Shown here in pieces: positions 9,514 through 18,180 of a DNA stretch of 32,000 bases; within the stretch, counting starts at the first letter, position 1; the number at the start of each line of letters is the position of its first letter. The translations under genes were made by a program, and so were the position numbers. The notes beneath the pieces are model-generated. The model saw nothing but the letters and a program-made list of their open reading frames with translations. It was not told where the DNA came from and ran no database searches. The DNA is from Candidatus Nitrosopumilus koreensis AR1 (GTDB lineage: Archaea > Thermoproteota > Nitrososphaeria > Nitrososphaerales > Nitrosopumilaceae). The stretch is taken from contig NC_018655.1 of NCBI RefSeq assembly GCF_000299365.1, forward strand, positions 1,290,001 through 1,322,000. Reading direction: 5' to 3'.

Positions 9514-10305
9514 ATTAGCAAAATTAAAGATGTAATTTTTCAGTTATCAGGTCTATACAAGATTTATGGTAAAAGGTTAGAAAACGAGATTCAGAATGGA
9601 GATATTCCTAACCATGTTGCACTAATTTTAGACGGGAATAGAAGATGGGCCAAAAGGCATCTAACAATTCCAAAGGAAGGGCATTGGAAAGGGGCAGATG
9701 CAGTAGAGAACCTTCTTGATTGGTGTGAGGAATTTAATATCAAAATTGTTACGTTGTATGCACTATCAGCAGAAAACTTGGACAGAAATGATGAAGAATT
9801 AGAACATTTGTATGAATTAATTCGTATGAGATTAGAGAAATTATACAACGATCCACGAATTCACAGATGCAAGATGAGAGTAAAAGGAATAGGAAGAATT
9901 GAGTTGTTGCCTGAATCTATCAAAGAGGTTCTAAAACGATTAGATGATGCTACAAAAAACTATGACAATCATTTTCTAAATATTGCATTAGCATATGGTG
10001 GGCAGTATGAATTAGTTGATGCAGTAAAAAAGATAGGTGAAAAAATTAAAGACGGTCAATTAAATGTTGAAGATATTTCTAAAAAAGAGATAGAATCAAA
10101 TCTTTACACATCACACTTACCACAATCATCGCCAGATATGATTTTGCGTACATCAGGTGAAAAAAGACTTAGTGGTTTTTTGATGTGGCAAAGTGCATAT
10201 AGTGAATTAGTTTTTATGGATATTTTTTGGCCAGAGTTTAGGAAAATAGATTTAATGAGGGCCATCAGGACATTTCAAGAAAGAAAAAGAAGATTGGGAA
10301 AATGA
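9514..10305 (+). CDS. uppS: undecaprenyl/polyprenyl (cis-prenyl) diphosphate synthase
   Basis: Open frame runs back to TGA at 9505: ISKIKDVIFQLSGLYKIYG...IPNHVALILDGNRRWAKRH...LYALSAENLDR...RTSGEKRLSGFLMWQSAYSELVF. The tracked start at 9754 is inside the conserved region. ATT at 9514 is my proposed start. Confidence 0.85.
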   Translation: MSKIKDVIFQLSGLYKIYGKRLENEIQNGDIPNHVALILDGNRRWAKRHLTIPKEGHWKGADAVENLLDWCEEFNIKIVTLYALSAENLDRNDEELEHLYELIRMRLEKLYNDPRIHRCKMRVKGIGRIELLPESIKEVLKRLDDATKNYDNHFLNIALAYGGQYELVDAVKKIGEKIKDGQLNVEDISKKEIESNLYTSHLPQSSPDMILRTSGEKRLSGFLMWQSAYSELVFMDIFWPEFRKIDLMRAIRTFQERKRRLGK

Positions 10306-10721
10306 TAGAAGAGACATCTGCTGGAATTGTATTGTTTAGAAAAGAAGATTCTAAAAATCTGTTTTTGCTGTTGCATTATCCATCTGGACATTGGGATTTT
10401 GTAAAAGGAAAGATGGAAAAAGGAGAATCAACACACGAAACTGCAATCAGAGAAACAAAAGAAGAAACAGGAATAACAGATATCAATTTTTTAGATGATT
10501 TTGAAGAATGGATAGAATACAATTTTCAATACCAAAAAGAATTGGTTCATAAAAAAGTGGTTTTTTTCCTGGCAGAGACAAAAACTAAGCAAGTAAACAT
10601 TTCACACGAACACTTGGATTATACTTGGATGGATTACAATACTGCAATGGAAAAAACTACATTTGATAATGCAAAAACGGTACTAACAAAAGCTCAAATG
10701 TTACTTACCAAGACTGTCTGA
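10302..10721 (+). CDS. Nudix hydrolase (Ap4A-hydrolase-like)
   Basis: Nudix box GKMEKGESTHETAIRETKEETGI; 4-bp ATGA overlap with uppS. Confidence 0.88.
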   Translation: MIEETSAGIVLFRKEDSKNLFLLLHYPSGHWDFVKGKMEKGESTHETAIRETKEETGITDINFLDDFEEWIEYNFQYQKELVHKKVVFFLAETKTKQVNISHEHLDYTWMDYNTAMEKTTFDNAKTVLTKAQMLLTKTV

Positions 10722-11447
10722 TTGCAAACTTTTTGCAACATCAATTGGTTTTTTTGCATTGAGAATTGTTCTTCCTACAATCAGATAGTTTGTTCCAGAC
10801 GAAATCACTTCATTTGCATTTCCACCTTGAGTTCCAACTCCAGGAGAAAAGATGTCGAGTTTTTTTCCAGCCTTTTTAGAGCAATACTGAATGATTTTTG
10901 GGAAAGTGGCTCCAACTACAATCCCATCAACTTTTGCAGTTAGGGCCCAATCCAAGAACAGTTGATAGAGTTGCTGTTTTTTTTGCATTTTGACTTCGAT
11001 ATCATAAGACAATTTAGCCTCAGGAGCACTCATGTGGCACAAAGTAATCACACCTTTTCCATTTTTGTGAGCAGATTTTACCAGATTTTTCAAACTATCT
11101 AATCCCATTATCGGATTGGCAATAACTGCGTCAAATCCTAAATTCCACAGGTTTTCTGTAGTTACACGATTTGTGTTACCAATGTCATTTAATTTGATAT
11201 CTGCAATGGTTTGCAAACCATATCTATGAGCTGTTTTGTTTATTTTGAGAATTTGTTTTCCACTTAATGGAAGTAACAAATGAAAATTTAATTTTATTGC
11301 ACAAAGATATGGATGTAGTTTTTTAATATTTGAAAGGGTTTTGGTTTCCAAATTTTTTACAGAAGGATCATAATCATTGGCAAGAATTACTTTGCCGTTA
11401 GTTTTTGCGATCTGTGAAAGTCTAGTTTTGAAGGTGAGCATAATCAA
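10701..11447 (-). CDS. pyrF: orotidine 5'-phosphate decarboxylase family
   Basis: LHPYLCAIKLNFH, TIADIKLNDIGNTN, GFDAVIANP, SPGVGTQGG, YLIVGRTIL. Confidence 0.88.
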   Translation of the reverse strand: MIMLTFKTRLSQIAKTNGKVILANDYDPSVKNLETKTLSNIKKLHPYLCAIKLNFHLLLPLSGKQILKINKTAHRYGLQTIADIKLNDIGNTNRVTTENLWNLGFDAVIANPIMGLDSLKNLVKSAHKNGKGVITLCHMSAPEAKLSYDIEVKMQKKQQLYQLFLDWALTAKVDGIVVGATFPKIIQYCSKKAGKKLDIFSPGVGTQGGNANEVISSGTNYLIVGRTILNAKKPIDVAKSLQSDSLGK

Positions 11448-12102
11448 CTAATGGATGAGTGTCTTTTAATTTTATTATTTTGATATACGAATAGCCATGC
11501 TCAGATGGACTGTCAACAAACGTTGGTTCAACAACATTACTTGTAGAAAATTTCAAAAATGGTTTTTCGGGATCATGATCAAGTAACACATGACAAAAAT
11601 AGGAAGTTCCTTCTTCTTGAAAATTCATGAAGACACCAAGAAGCCACTTATCATTGTGTGGAAATAAGAACAAAGGAAATGGTATTTCCTCAAAGCCCCA
11701 AGTAAGTTTTGCAAGACTGGACATGTCTTCTAATTCAATTGGCTGATATCTATCAAGCGTACCATTTCCAGGTTTCAGTGTTTTTGGAAGAGATTTTATT
11801 CGAACAATGGGAGAATACAGTTTGCTAGAATCAGAAGTAGTATCTACAATTTCAGATTCTTCTTTTCCACCCTTTAGTCCATAACGAAGATAGTGGCCAT
11901 TGTGCTCAAGTGGTGTGTAATACACAATTGGTTTTTCTTTTAGAACATCCATTTGTACAGATAGAATTTTTTTGCCATTATGATCATGAAGAAAAGACAC
12001 GCGTGGTGCACGCTCAAGTGCACAAACAAGCCTAGTGAATTCTAAAGTAGAATTAACCTGGATGTAACGTGGTTGTTTATCAACAGTAGTAGATTGTTCC
12101 AC
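11422..12102 (-). CDS. hypothetical protein (226 aa)
   Basis: Long intact ORF, 26-bp overlap with the pyrF start. Confidence 0.65.
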   Translation of the reverse strand: MEQSTTVDKQPRYIQVNSTLEFTRLVCALERAPRVSFLHDHNGKKILSVQMDVLKEKPIVYYTPLEHNGHYLRYGLKGGKEESEIVDTTSDSSKLYSPIVRIKSLPKTLKPGNGTLDRYQPIELEDMSSLAKLTWGFEEIPFPLFLFPHNDKWLLGVFMNFQEEGTSYFCHVLLDHDPEKPFLKFSTSNVVEPTFVDSPSEHGYSYIKIIKLKDTHPLVDYAHLQN

Positions 12103-12151
12103 GAAGATGTACGATCAATTAACAAATTAAACTTATCCAAAAATTTGGAGC

Positions 12152-13153
12152 CTAGTTTCTTCTGTCAATTACATCATTGACAGTTGGTCCGGTTCCAATA
12201 ATTGTAACAGGCGTGTTTAATTCATCTTCAATATTTTTTATGAATGCTTTTGCATCATCAGATAATTCATCGTATGAAGTTTTTCCAGCACAATCTGTAA
12301 ACAACACATCCAATTTTGTTATAGAGATTTGCGTTGCGCCATTAAGCATGATTGCACGCCTAGCTAAATCAAAATCAAAATCAGCTGCACGACGTTGACG
12401 GCCAGTTACAGTTCCAAACTCAGACCAGCCCTTCTTTTCAGCCTCCTCAAGTGAGAGTTCTTTGTCAAGAGGTCCCGTTCCCACACGTGTTACATAGGAC
12501 TTGAAGACAACAATTACTTCATCTACTTTAGTGGGACCAAGTCCAATATCAGCACATATTCCTGAAGCAGTTACGTCTTTGGAGGTCACAAAGGGGTATG
12601 TTCCATGCCATAATGAAAGAAATGTTCCTTGAGTTCCTTCAATGAGCACATTTTCATTGTTATCCAAAGCAGAATTAATCTCATAAGGAACATCCACAAT
12701 TAGTGATGATAATGAATCAAAGTCTTTTGCTAATTTTAAGACCCTCATTGCCCTATCAGCATTTGCAGGACCGGTTCCAGAACCCGTACTGCCAATTTTC
12801 TCTTTTAGTTCGCCCTTAGAGTCTCTTGCAAGATGTGTTTGCTCAATTATACCACAGTGTTTATCGATAAATGAGCGACCTGAAACACCAAAATCTTCAA
12901 TCTCTTTTTTTAGTACATCTGGATTAATCACTACGCCAGGGCCAATCATGACTTTGGCATTTTTGTTTAAGAATCCACTTGGAAGCATTCGAACCTTGTA
13001 GACTTTGTCGCCATCTTTTATTGTGTGTCCAGCATTTGGACCAGCACCACCACGAACTATGATTTTTGGATTGTCTTTGATTGCCAAATATGAGATGATC
13101 TTTCCTTTTCCTTCATCTCCAAAAAATCCACCAACTACAACAGTAGATGTCAT
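12152..13153 (-). CDS. purA: adenylosuccinate synthetase
   Basis: VVVGGFFGDEGKGKIISYLA, GPNAGHTI, GVVINP, IEGTQGTFLSLWHGTYPFVTSK. Confidence 0.92.
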   Translation of the reverse strand: MTSTVVVGGFFGDEGKGKIISYLAIKDNPKIIVRGGAGPNAGHTIKDGDKVYKVRMLPSGFLNKNAKVMIGPGVVINPDVLKKEIEDFGVSGRSFIDKHCGIIEQTHLARDSKGELKEKIGSTGSGTGPANADRAMRVLKLAKDFDSLSSLIVDVPYEINSALDNNENVLIEGTQGTFLSLWHGTYPFVTSKDVTASGICADIGLGPTKVDEVIVVFKSYVTRVGTGPLDKELSLEEAEKKGWSEFGTVTGRQRRAADFDFDLARRAIMLNGATQISITKLDVLFTDCAGKTSYDELSDDAKAFIKNIEDELNTPVTIIGTGPTVNDVIDRRN

Positions 13154-13233
13154 ATTGTTGAACTTGAACTTGGTTTATTTAAGCTAAAGTGGTCTTGTAT
13201 CATTTTATAACCAAGATAGAATTTTCTAGATCG

Positions 13234-13695
13234 ATGGTTGGAGAAAATTTTGCAGGAAACATCATTATTAATTTAGCAAATCTTCCAGACTTTCTTAGAA
13301 ATCCAATTTTAAAAAAACGCATGATGGAATTCTTTTCACTATCAAAACCAGATCAAGATGAAGTGATCAACAACGCATTAGAAGCAGGGCCAACAATTCC
13401 GTTTCCAAATTTTGCAAAGCTTTTCAAAACATGGCTTAAGATTTTAACTACACTTTCAGAAGAACAAAGAGAAGGACTATTTTCTGCATACATTACCGAA
13501 GTCTCACAAAATCCACAAAAATTAATCGCTTTTAATCTAGATGGCATTTTAGAGATTTATCTCACACTAGATGATGGTGAAAAGGAAACACTTGCAAACA
13601 CGGTAAAAAGAATAATCAGCAATCTAGATGAGGATAAAAAGAGAAGAATAATGTTAGTTATTCCAGAAAATGCGAAAAAGCACTTGAAGTTTTAG
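13234..13695 (+). CDS. hypothetical helical protein
   Basis: ORF opens at 13189; in-frame ATG 13234 gives MVGENFAGNIIINLANLPDFLRNP... Confidence 0.6.
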   Translation: MVGENFAGNIIINLANLPDFLRNPILKKRMMEFFSLSKPDQDEVINNALEAGPTIPFPNFAKLFKTWLKILTTLSEEQREGLFSAYITEVSQNPQKLIAFNLDGILEIYLTLDDGEKETLANTVKRIISNLDEDKKRRIMLVIPENAKKHLKF

Positions 13696-13973
13696 GCACC
13701 TGTTGGCTCGTCAGGCTTTCTGTTATCCTCATTTGTATAATCTATAACTTCTCCTTCAGGAGACATTACACCTACAAAGATTTTCTCGTGTTTTTTCAAT
13801 AATTTCCTGTGATCAGGCATGGACATATCAAGTTTCATTTCATTCATTACCATTATTTGGTATTCCTTCCATTCAGCCCAACACTTGTTACAGGTAGGAT
13901 ATTTCTCAGCAACTGGACCCAATTGTTCAGTATCAGGAATATCATTCTTGCATTTTGTACAAGTACGACTCAT
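13692..13973 (-). CDS. Fe(2+)-trafficking / YggX-like protein with N-terminal CxxC
   Basis: MSRTCTKCKNDIPD...WAEWKEYQIMVMNEMKLDMSMPDHRKLLKKHEKIF resembles the YggX W..W...Q..MINE..L....R..L pattern. Confidence 0.65.
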   Translation of the reverse strand: MSRTCTKCKNDIPDTEQLGPVAEKYPTCNKCWAEWKEYQIMVMNEMKLDMSMPDHRKLLKKHEKIFVGVMSPEGEVIDYTNEDNRKPDEPTGA

Positions 13974-14112
13974 AGAAAATAGCAATCTGAAACTCCTTTT
14001 ATCTTTTTAAAATTAACATGAGTATCCACAATTTTTCGAATTTTATATTAAATATGATACCTAGTTCAGATATTTTCTCTAGTTTTTTATGTCATAAAGC
14101 AGTACTGTATTC

Positions 14113-14298
14113 ATGGTACTTGCATACATTGGAATTGCAATAGGTGTTTTGATAGTGGTAATCTTGATTGCAAAGATTGCAAGAACCAACCCACGTGAGG
14201 TTGCAGGAATAGATAGATATTGCAAAAAATGTGGCCTTGAAACAAAGGGACTTAATTGTCCTAAATGTGAGAAGAAATCCAAGTCATTTGGCGTATAA
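14113..14298 (+). CDS. small membrane protein with zinc ribbon (61 aa)
   Basis: N-terminal TM, then CKKCGLETKGLNCPKC. Confidence 0.65.
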   Translation: MVLAYIGIAIGVLIVVILIAKIARTNPREVAGIDRYCKKCGLETKGLNCPKCEKKSKSFGV

Positions 14299-14380
14299 TT
14301 CATAGTAGGTTCTAAACCATATTCAGTAAAACAACTATGTGAATGTAAAGTAATAATAATTAACAAAGATCAAATCATTC

Positions 14381-14590
14381 ATGAAGATAAAGTGTCCTAA
14401 ATGCAAAGAAGATGCAGAATTGGCACCAGATTTTTCTTTTGTAAAATGTGGATCTTGTGATTTAGACATGAGTTATGGAGAATATATCAAATTTGTAGCA
14501 CATAATGAAGCAACATATTCAGACATACTTGGAGACTATGCAGGCAGTACAGAAGGACAAACTGCAGGGTCATTAGACGAATGGGATTAA
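14381..14590 (+). CDS. zinc-ribbon small protein (69 aa)
   Basis: MKIKCPKCKEDAELAPDFSFVKCGSCDLDMSYGEY. Confidence 0.65.
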   Translation: MKIKCPKCKEDAELAPDFSFVKCGSCDLDMSYGEYIKFVAHNEATYSDILGDYAGSTEGQTAGSLDEWD

Positions 14591-14650
14591 AACCAGAGTA
14601 AAATCATCCATCAGATTAAAATAATTAGTTTAGCAAGTTTCTAAACATCA

Positions 14651-15292
14651 TTGGAATTTTTATTAGAAAATATACTTAACCTTATAGGATTTTTGGTAGG
14701 CCTTGGAATCGGAATAATGTCATTAATTGGGTTTAGAAATACTGGCAGTCCAACATTATTTAGATTAACTATTGCGTTTTTTTCAATTAGTTTAGGGTTC
14801 TTTGTAATTTGGGCAGGATATATGGCAGAAGACTTTGTCACAAAATCAGGAAACATAGAAAGATGGGTACAAACATTAGGAATTGCAATTCAAACAGTAG
14901 GATACTTTTTCATTGCGTTTTCACATAGCATAAAATCATTTTTTCCAAAATCAAGTTACTTTAGATCAGTTGGAATCTTACCATTGTTTTTAGTTTCATC
15001 TGTTCAACTAGAGCATCTCTTTAGATCAGTGTCATTCATTTTGTTAGCATATGGTGCAATTGAAACCATGCTATCATATTTGGACAATAGGAACAAAGGT
15101 GCAATTTCTGTTTCAGTAGGGTTAGCATTATTAGCATTGGGTGAGTTTTTGGGATGGTATTCATTTGTATTCCCAGAATCAATTCTGTATTCTGTATCAA
15201 TGGTAATCAAAATTGGTGGCTTGGTTGCACTGTTCATTCCAGTTAGTAAGGTTCCTCTAACCAAAATAAAATTTGATGAAGGATTGGAATAA
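14651..15292 (+). CDS. multi-spanning membrane protein
   Basis: Several hydrophobic segments across 213 aa. Confidence 0.65.
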   Translation: MEFLLENILNLIGFLVGLGIGIMSLIGFRNTGSPTLFRLTIAFFSISLGFFVIWAGYMAEDFVTKSGNIERWVQTLGIAIQTVGYFFIAFSHSIKSFFPKSSYFRSVGILPLFLVSSVQLEHLFRSVSFILLAYGAIETMLSYLDNRNKGAISVSVGLALLALGEFLGWYSFVFPESILYSVSMVIKIGGLVALFIPVSKVPLTKIKFDEGLE

Positions 15293-15410
15293 TTTCAATC
15301 TAGGCTCAAAATTTAACAAAATGCAAAATTTGTCAAATTCTTTTATCTTTTTAGTATATTGGAAAATATCAACGTCCTATCATAGAAATTATCAAAATAA
15401 TTTGTAGAAA

Positions 15411-15698
15411 ATGGCAGAGTATAGAACCCACATGAAAATTATCGGAGACATTCTATCAACTACTAGAGATGACCTTCAGGACGAGGATGGAGCAACAGTA
15501 ACTTATCTAATCAGAAAAGCAAACATTTCTCATTCCAGAATTTCAAGAATTTTAAAGACATTAGTTTCTCAAGGACTATTAGAGCAAGTAGACACTCAAG
15601 GTTCAAACAAGTACAAGATCAGTCAGACAGGTAGAGAATTCCTTCAAGCATATTACAAATTTACAAGCTTTGCAGATAACTTTGGATTAAGCATTTAG
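15411..15698 (+). CDS. winged-helix transcriptional regulator (paralogue 1)
   Basis: YRTHMKIIGDILSTTRDD...TYLIRKANISHSRISRILKTLVSQGLLEQ...ISQTGREFLQAY. Confidence 0.8.
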   Translation: MAEYRTHMKIIGDILSTTRDDLQDEDGATVTYLIRKANISHSRISRILKTLVSQGLLEQVDTQGSNKYKISQTGREFLQAYYKFTSFADNFGLSI

Positions 15699-15775
15699 TC
15701 TTCTTCATCTAAATTATCTAGATCATCATCAAAATCATCTTCAAAATCTGTATCCTCATAATTTGACTCAGACAT
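15695..15775 (-). CDS. candidate 26-aa acidic microprotein
   Basis: MSESNYEDTDFEDDFDDDLDNLDEED, below the ORF cut-off; overlaps the stop region of the convergent regulator gene. Confidence 0.4.
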   Translation of the reverse strand: MSESNYEDTDFEDDFDDDLDNLDEED

Positions 15776-15821
15776 ACTGTACAATAGAAAAAATTTACTG
15801 TTAAAAACTTTTCAAAAGAAA

Positions 15822-16451
15822 ATGGTAATTAAACAAAAAAAAGAAGGCAAAGCATTGAAAGTAGATTGTAATAAAGAGGGAATTGAAAAAGCATCTCAAA
15901 TAGTTGAGAATGGCGGAATAGTTGTTTTTCCAACAGACACGGTATATGGTATAGGTTGTAACCCTTACAACAAAAAATCAGTGGAAAAAATTTATGAGAT
16001 AAAGTCAAGAGACGTTGCAAAATCATTTCCAGTTTTAGTTTACTCAAAGGAGATAGCTAGTCAGATTGCTCATTTTGATAAAGTTGCAGAAAAAATTGCA
16101 AAGAAATTTTGGCCAGGTCCACTAACAATTATTTTGAAACTAACTGACAATAAATTAAAAGAATCATTAAATTTGAAAGACAAAATTGCACTAAGAGTTC
16201 CAAATCACAACTGCACGTTACAATTACTGAAAAGATGTAATTGTCTAATTGGTACCAGTGCAAATGTTTCAGGACAATCATCATTTTTTGATCCTCAAGA
16301 ATGTATCAAAAATGTAGAAAATTATGATATTTTTGTTGATGGAGGAACAATTACAAGCAAAGGTGAATCAACAATTATTGAAATAGAAAATGACGAGATC
16401 AAGGTTATCAGGGAAGGCTCTTTGAGCAAAGAGGAGATTTTAGACGCATGA
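15822..16451 (+). CDS. Sua5/YciO/YrdC threonylcarbamoyl-AMP synthase
   Basis: GGIVVFPTDTVYGIGCNPYNKKSVEKIYEIKSR...KFWPGPLTIIL...ALRVPNH...GTSANVSGQSS. Confidence 0.9.
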   Translation: MVIKQKKEGKALKVDCNKEGIEKASQIVENGGIVVFPTDTVYGIGCNPYNKKSVEKIYEIKSRDVAKSFPVLVYSKEIASQIAHFDKVAEKIAKKFWPGPLTIILKLTDNKLKESLNLKDKIALRVPNHNCTLQLLKRCNCLIGTSANVSGQSSFFDPQECIKNVENYDIFVDGGTITSKGESTIIEIENDEIKVIREGSLSKEEILDA

Positions 16452-16969
16452 ATTTGATAATCACATGTGCCAGACACCTTGAAACCGAAACAGAAGATGA
16501 ACTAAGGGGATTTTTAGAAGAGTTTGGAGATTCTGATCCCAAAGTTACAATTACAAATATGTCAGGTATTTTGACTGCTGAAACAAAGTTAGATCCAATT
16601 GAGGTCGTAGGAAAAATCAAGGAAATGCTTCTTGATGAGCCATGGAGTGTAAGATATTGTTTGAGAATTATTCCAATTCAAAGAGTAGTTGAAACAAAAA
16701 TCGAAGAGATAGAAAATGTTGCTGCAGAGATGGCTGAAAAAATTTCAAAGGATGAAAAGTATAGAATTTCAATTGAGAAAAGAAATTCAGATTTGTCTAG
16801 CAAAGAGATTATTTCAAAAATTGCAAACAAGATAAAAAATCATGTATCACTGGAGTTTCCAGACAAAGTTGTCTTAATTGAGATTTTAGGAAATAAAACT
16901 GGCATGTCCATACTAAAAAAATCAGACATCCTAAGTACGGAGAAGACCAAGCGCAGCATTTCAGAGTAA
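16448..16969 (+). CDS. THUMP-domain protein (Tan1-like, likely tRNA modification)
   Basis: MNLIITCARHLETETEDELRGFLEEFGD...RYCLRIIPIQRVV...YRISIEKRNSDLSSKEIISKIANKI; 4-bp overlap with sua5. Confidence 0.72.
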   Translation: MNLIITCARHLETETEDELRGFLEEFGDSDPKVTITNMSGILTAETKLDPIEVVGKIKEMLLDEPWSVRYCLRIIPIQRVVETKIEEIENVAAEMAEKISKDEKYRISIEKRNSDLSSKEIISKIANKIKNHVSLEFPDKVVLIEILGNKTGMSILKKSDILSTEKTKRSISE

Positions 16970-17734
16970 AATTGCAGCTTTTTCAACCAAGATATCTTCA
17001 AGAGGGTTCTTAGAGTAAACTGAATCAATTTGTTTTTTTGATATCTTAAAGCAGCTCTTCAAAAACTTGTCATTATTTTTTGAGAACAGTGGAATTGTTA
17101 TGGATGATAATTCTTCAGATAATGAATCTAAATTTTTTTTATTTCCGATTGCAATTAAAATAAAATCAGTTTTAGCTTTTATTCCAGCAGAAGAAATTGC
17201 AGCTGAAATTTGTTTTGTCAATGCAAAACGCATCAAAATATCGGTTTCAAGTTTTTTTGAAATCAAAATATTCTTTTTTTCAGATTCTATTGAAAGTGAC
17301 AAAATTTTTTTCAAATGAGAATTATTCAATACGAATTGGCTTGATACTGCCTGAAGTTGGAGTTTAGGGAATTTTTTTCTGAGATTATCAAGGAATGTGA
17401 CATCAATTGTTTTTTGCCCCTTTATTTGGATAATTTGGATTTGTTTTGAGGAAATTTTGTAAAGCAGTTTTTTTGTTGCACCACCATGAATTACAGGTAT
17501 TATACTTACGACATCATTATTTTTAATCATTGTATCTTTTCCATCCATTGCAGAAGAATCAACACCATTTACAGCAATCAAAATATTTTCAGTATCTAAT
17601 TTTGGAGAATCATCAGATTTTAATTGCAATAACAAGTCAATTAATTCTTGAATAGTAATGTCTGATTGTTCAATTTCTAATTCATCTTTTGAGAATGATT
17701 TTTTGGCACCGCCAACAAGTTTTACCTTAATCAT
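16961..17734 (-). CDS. fusion protein: N-terminal MoaD/ThiS-like beta-grasp domain ending in Gly-Gly, plus C-terminal Cgi121-like KEOPS subunit domain
   Basis: N-term VKLVGGAKKSF...ILIAVNGVDSSAMDGKDTMIKNNDVVSIIPVIHGG resembles MoaD/ThiS. C-term SSQFVLNNSHLKKILSLSI...NILISKKLETDILMRFALTKQISAAISSAGIKAKTDFILIAIG resembles Cgi121. Confidence 0.72.
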   Translation of the reverse strand: MIKVKLVGGAKKSFSKDELEIEQSDITIQELIDLLLQLKSDDSPKLDTENILIAVNGVDSSAMDGKDTMIKNNDVVSIIPVIHGGATKKLLYKISSKQIQIIQIKGQKTIDVTFLDNLRKKFPKLQLQAVSSQFVLNNSHLKKILSLSIESEKKNILISKKLETDILMRFALTKQISAAISSAGIKAKTDFILIAIGNKKNLDSLSEELSSITIPLFSKNNDKFLKSCFKISKKQIDSVYSKNPLEDILVEKAAILL

Positions 17735-17772
17735 GATGTTTGATTAAAAGTTTGAAATTAATAATTAATTTG

Positions 17773-18150
17773 TTATTTGGATTTTTCTTCAGCAGTATCA
17801 GTTGTATCTGCTGCAGGTGCTTCTGTGGTTTCAATGGTTTCAGTTGTTTCAGCAGTCTCAGTTGTTTCTACTGCAGGTGCTTCTGTGGTTTCAGTTGTTT
17901 CTGCAGATTTTGTATCAATTTGAGATTCTTCTTCTAGTTTTGAAGATTCAATTTGAGCTTGTTTTGCCTTTGCTTCTCTAATCTCTTTTTTGATAAATTT
18001 TGTAATATATCCTGCAACTTCGTTTTTTAGGCCTTTTGAGCGAACAATAGAAACTTGATCTAAGACCTTTTTGTTATCAGCAAAGTCTTCACCAAACTTT
18101 GATTTGTGAGATTCCAAAACTTCGTATGAAAGGCGTTTTATTCTATCCAC
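17773..18150 (-). CDS. rps17e: ribosomal protein S17e (eS17) with a long Thr/Glu-rich C-terminal extension
   Basis: MDRIKRLSYEVLESHKSKFGEDFADNKKVLDQVSIVRSKGLKNEVAGYITKFIKK, then TTETTEAPAVETTETAETTETIETTEAPAADTTDTAEEKSK. Confidence 0.88.
   Translation of the reverse strand: MDRIKRLSYEVLESHKSKFGEDFADNKKVLDQVSIVRSKGLKNEVAGYITKFIKKEIREAKAKQAQIESSKLEEESQIDTKSAETTETTEAPAVETTETAETTETIETTEAPAADTTDTAEEKSK
17811..17893. repeat. 23-nt exact direct repeat, 60-bp period, in the S17e tail
   Basis: ctgcaggtgcttctgtggtttca at 17811-17833 and 17871-17893. Confidence 0.85.
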
Positions 18151-18180
18151 GCCTCGTCTAAAGATTAGGGTATTTTATAT

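Noticed and set aside
14641-15264. Minus-strand ORFs 14641..14856 and 15004..15264
   Set aside because: Antisense to a coherent multi-TM protein.
17811-17893. Possible CRISPR-like repeat
   Set aside because: Only two copies, 60-bp period, in frame within a coding low-complexity tail; not a CRISPR array.
17067-17937. Plus-strand ORFs 17067..17318 and 17740..17937 (the latter Cys/Phe-rich)
   Set aside because: The FxCRCFCGFxxF repeats are only the antisense reading of the ETTEAP repeats in S17e; the other is antisense to the Cgi121 domain.
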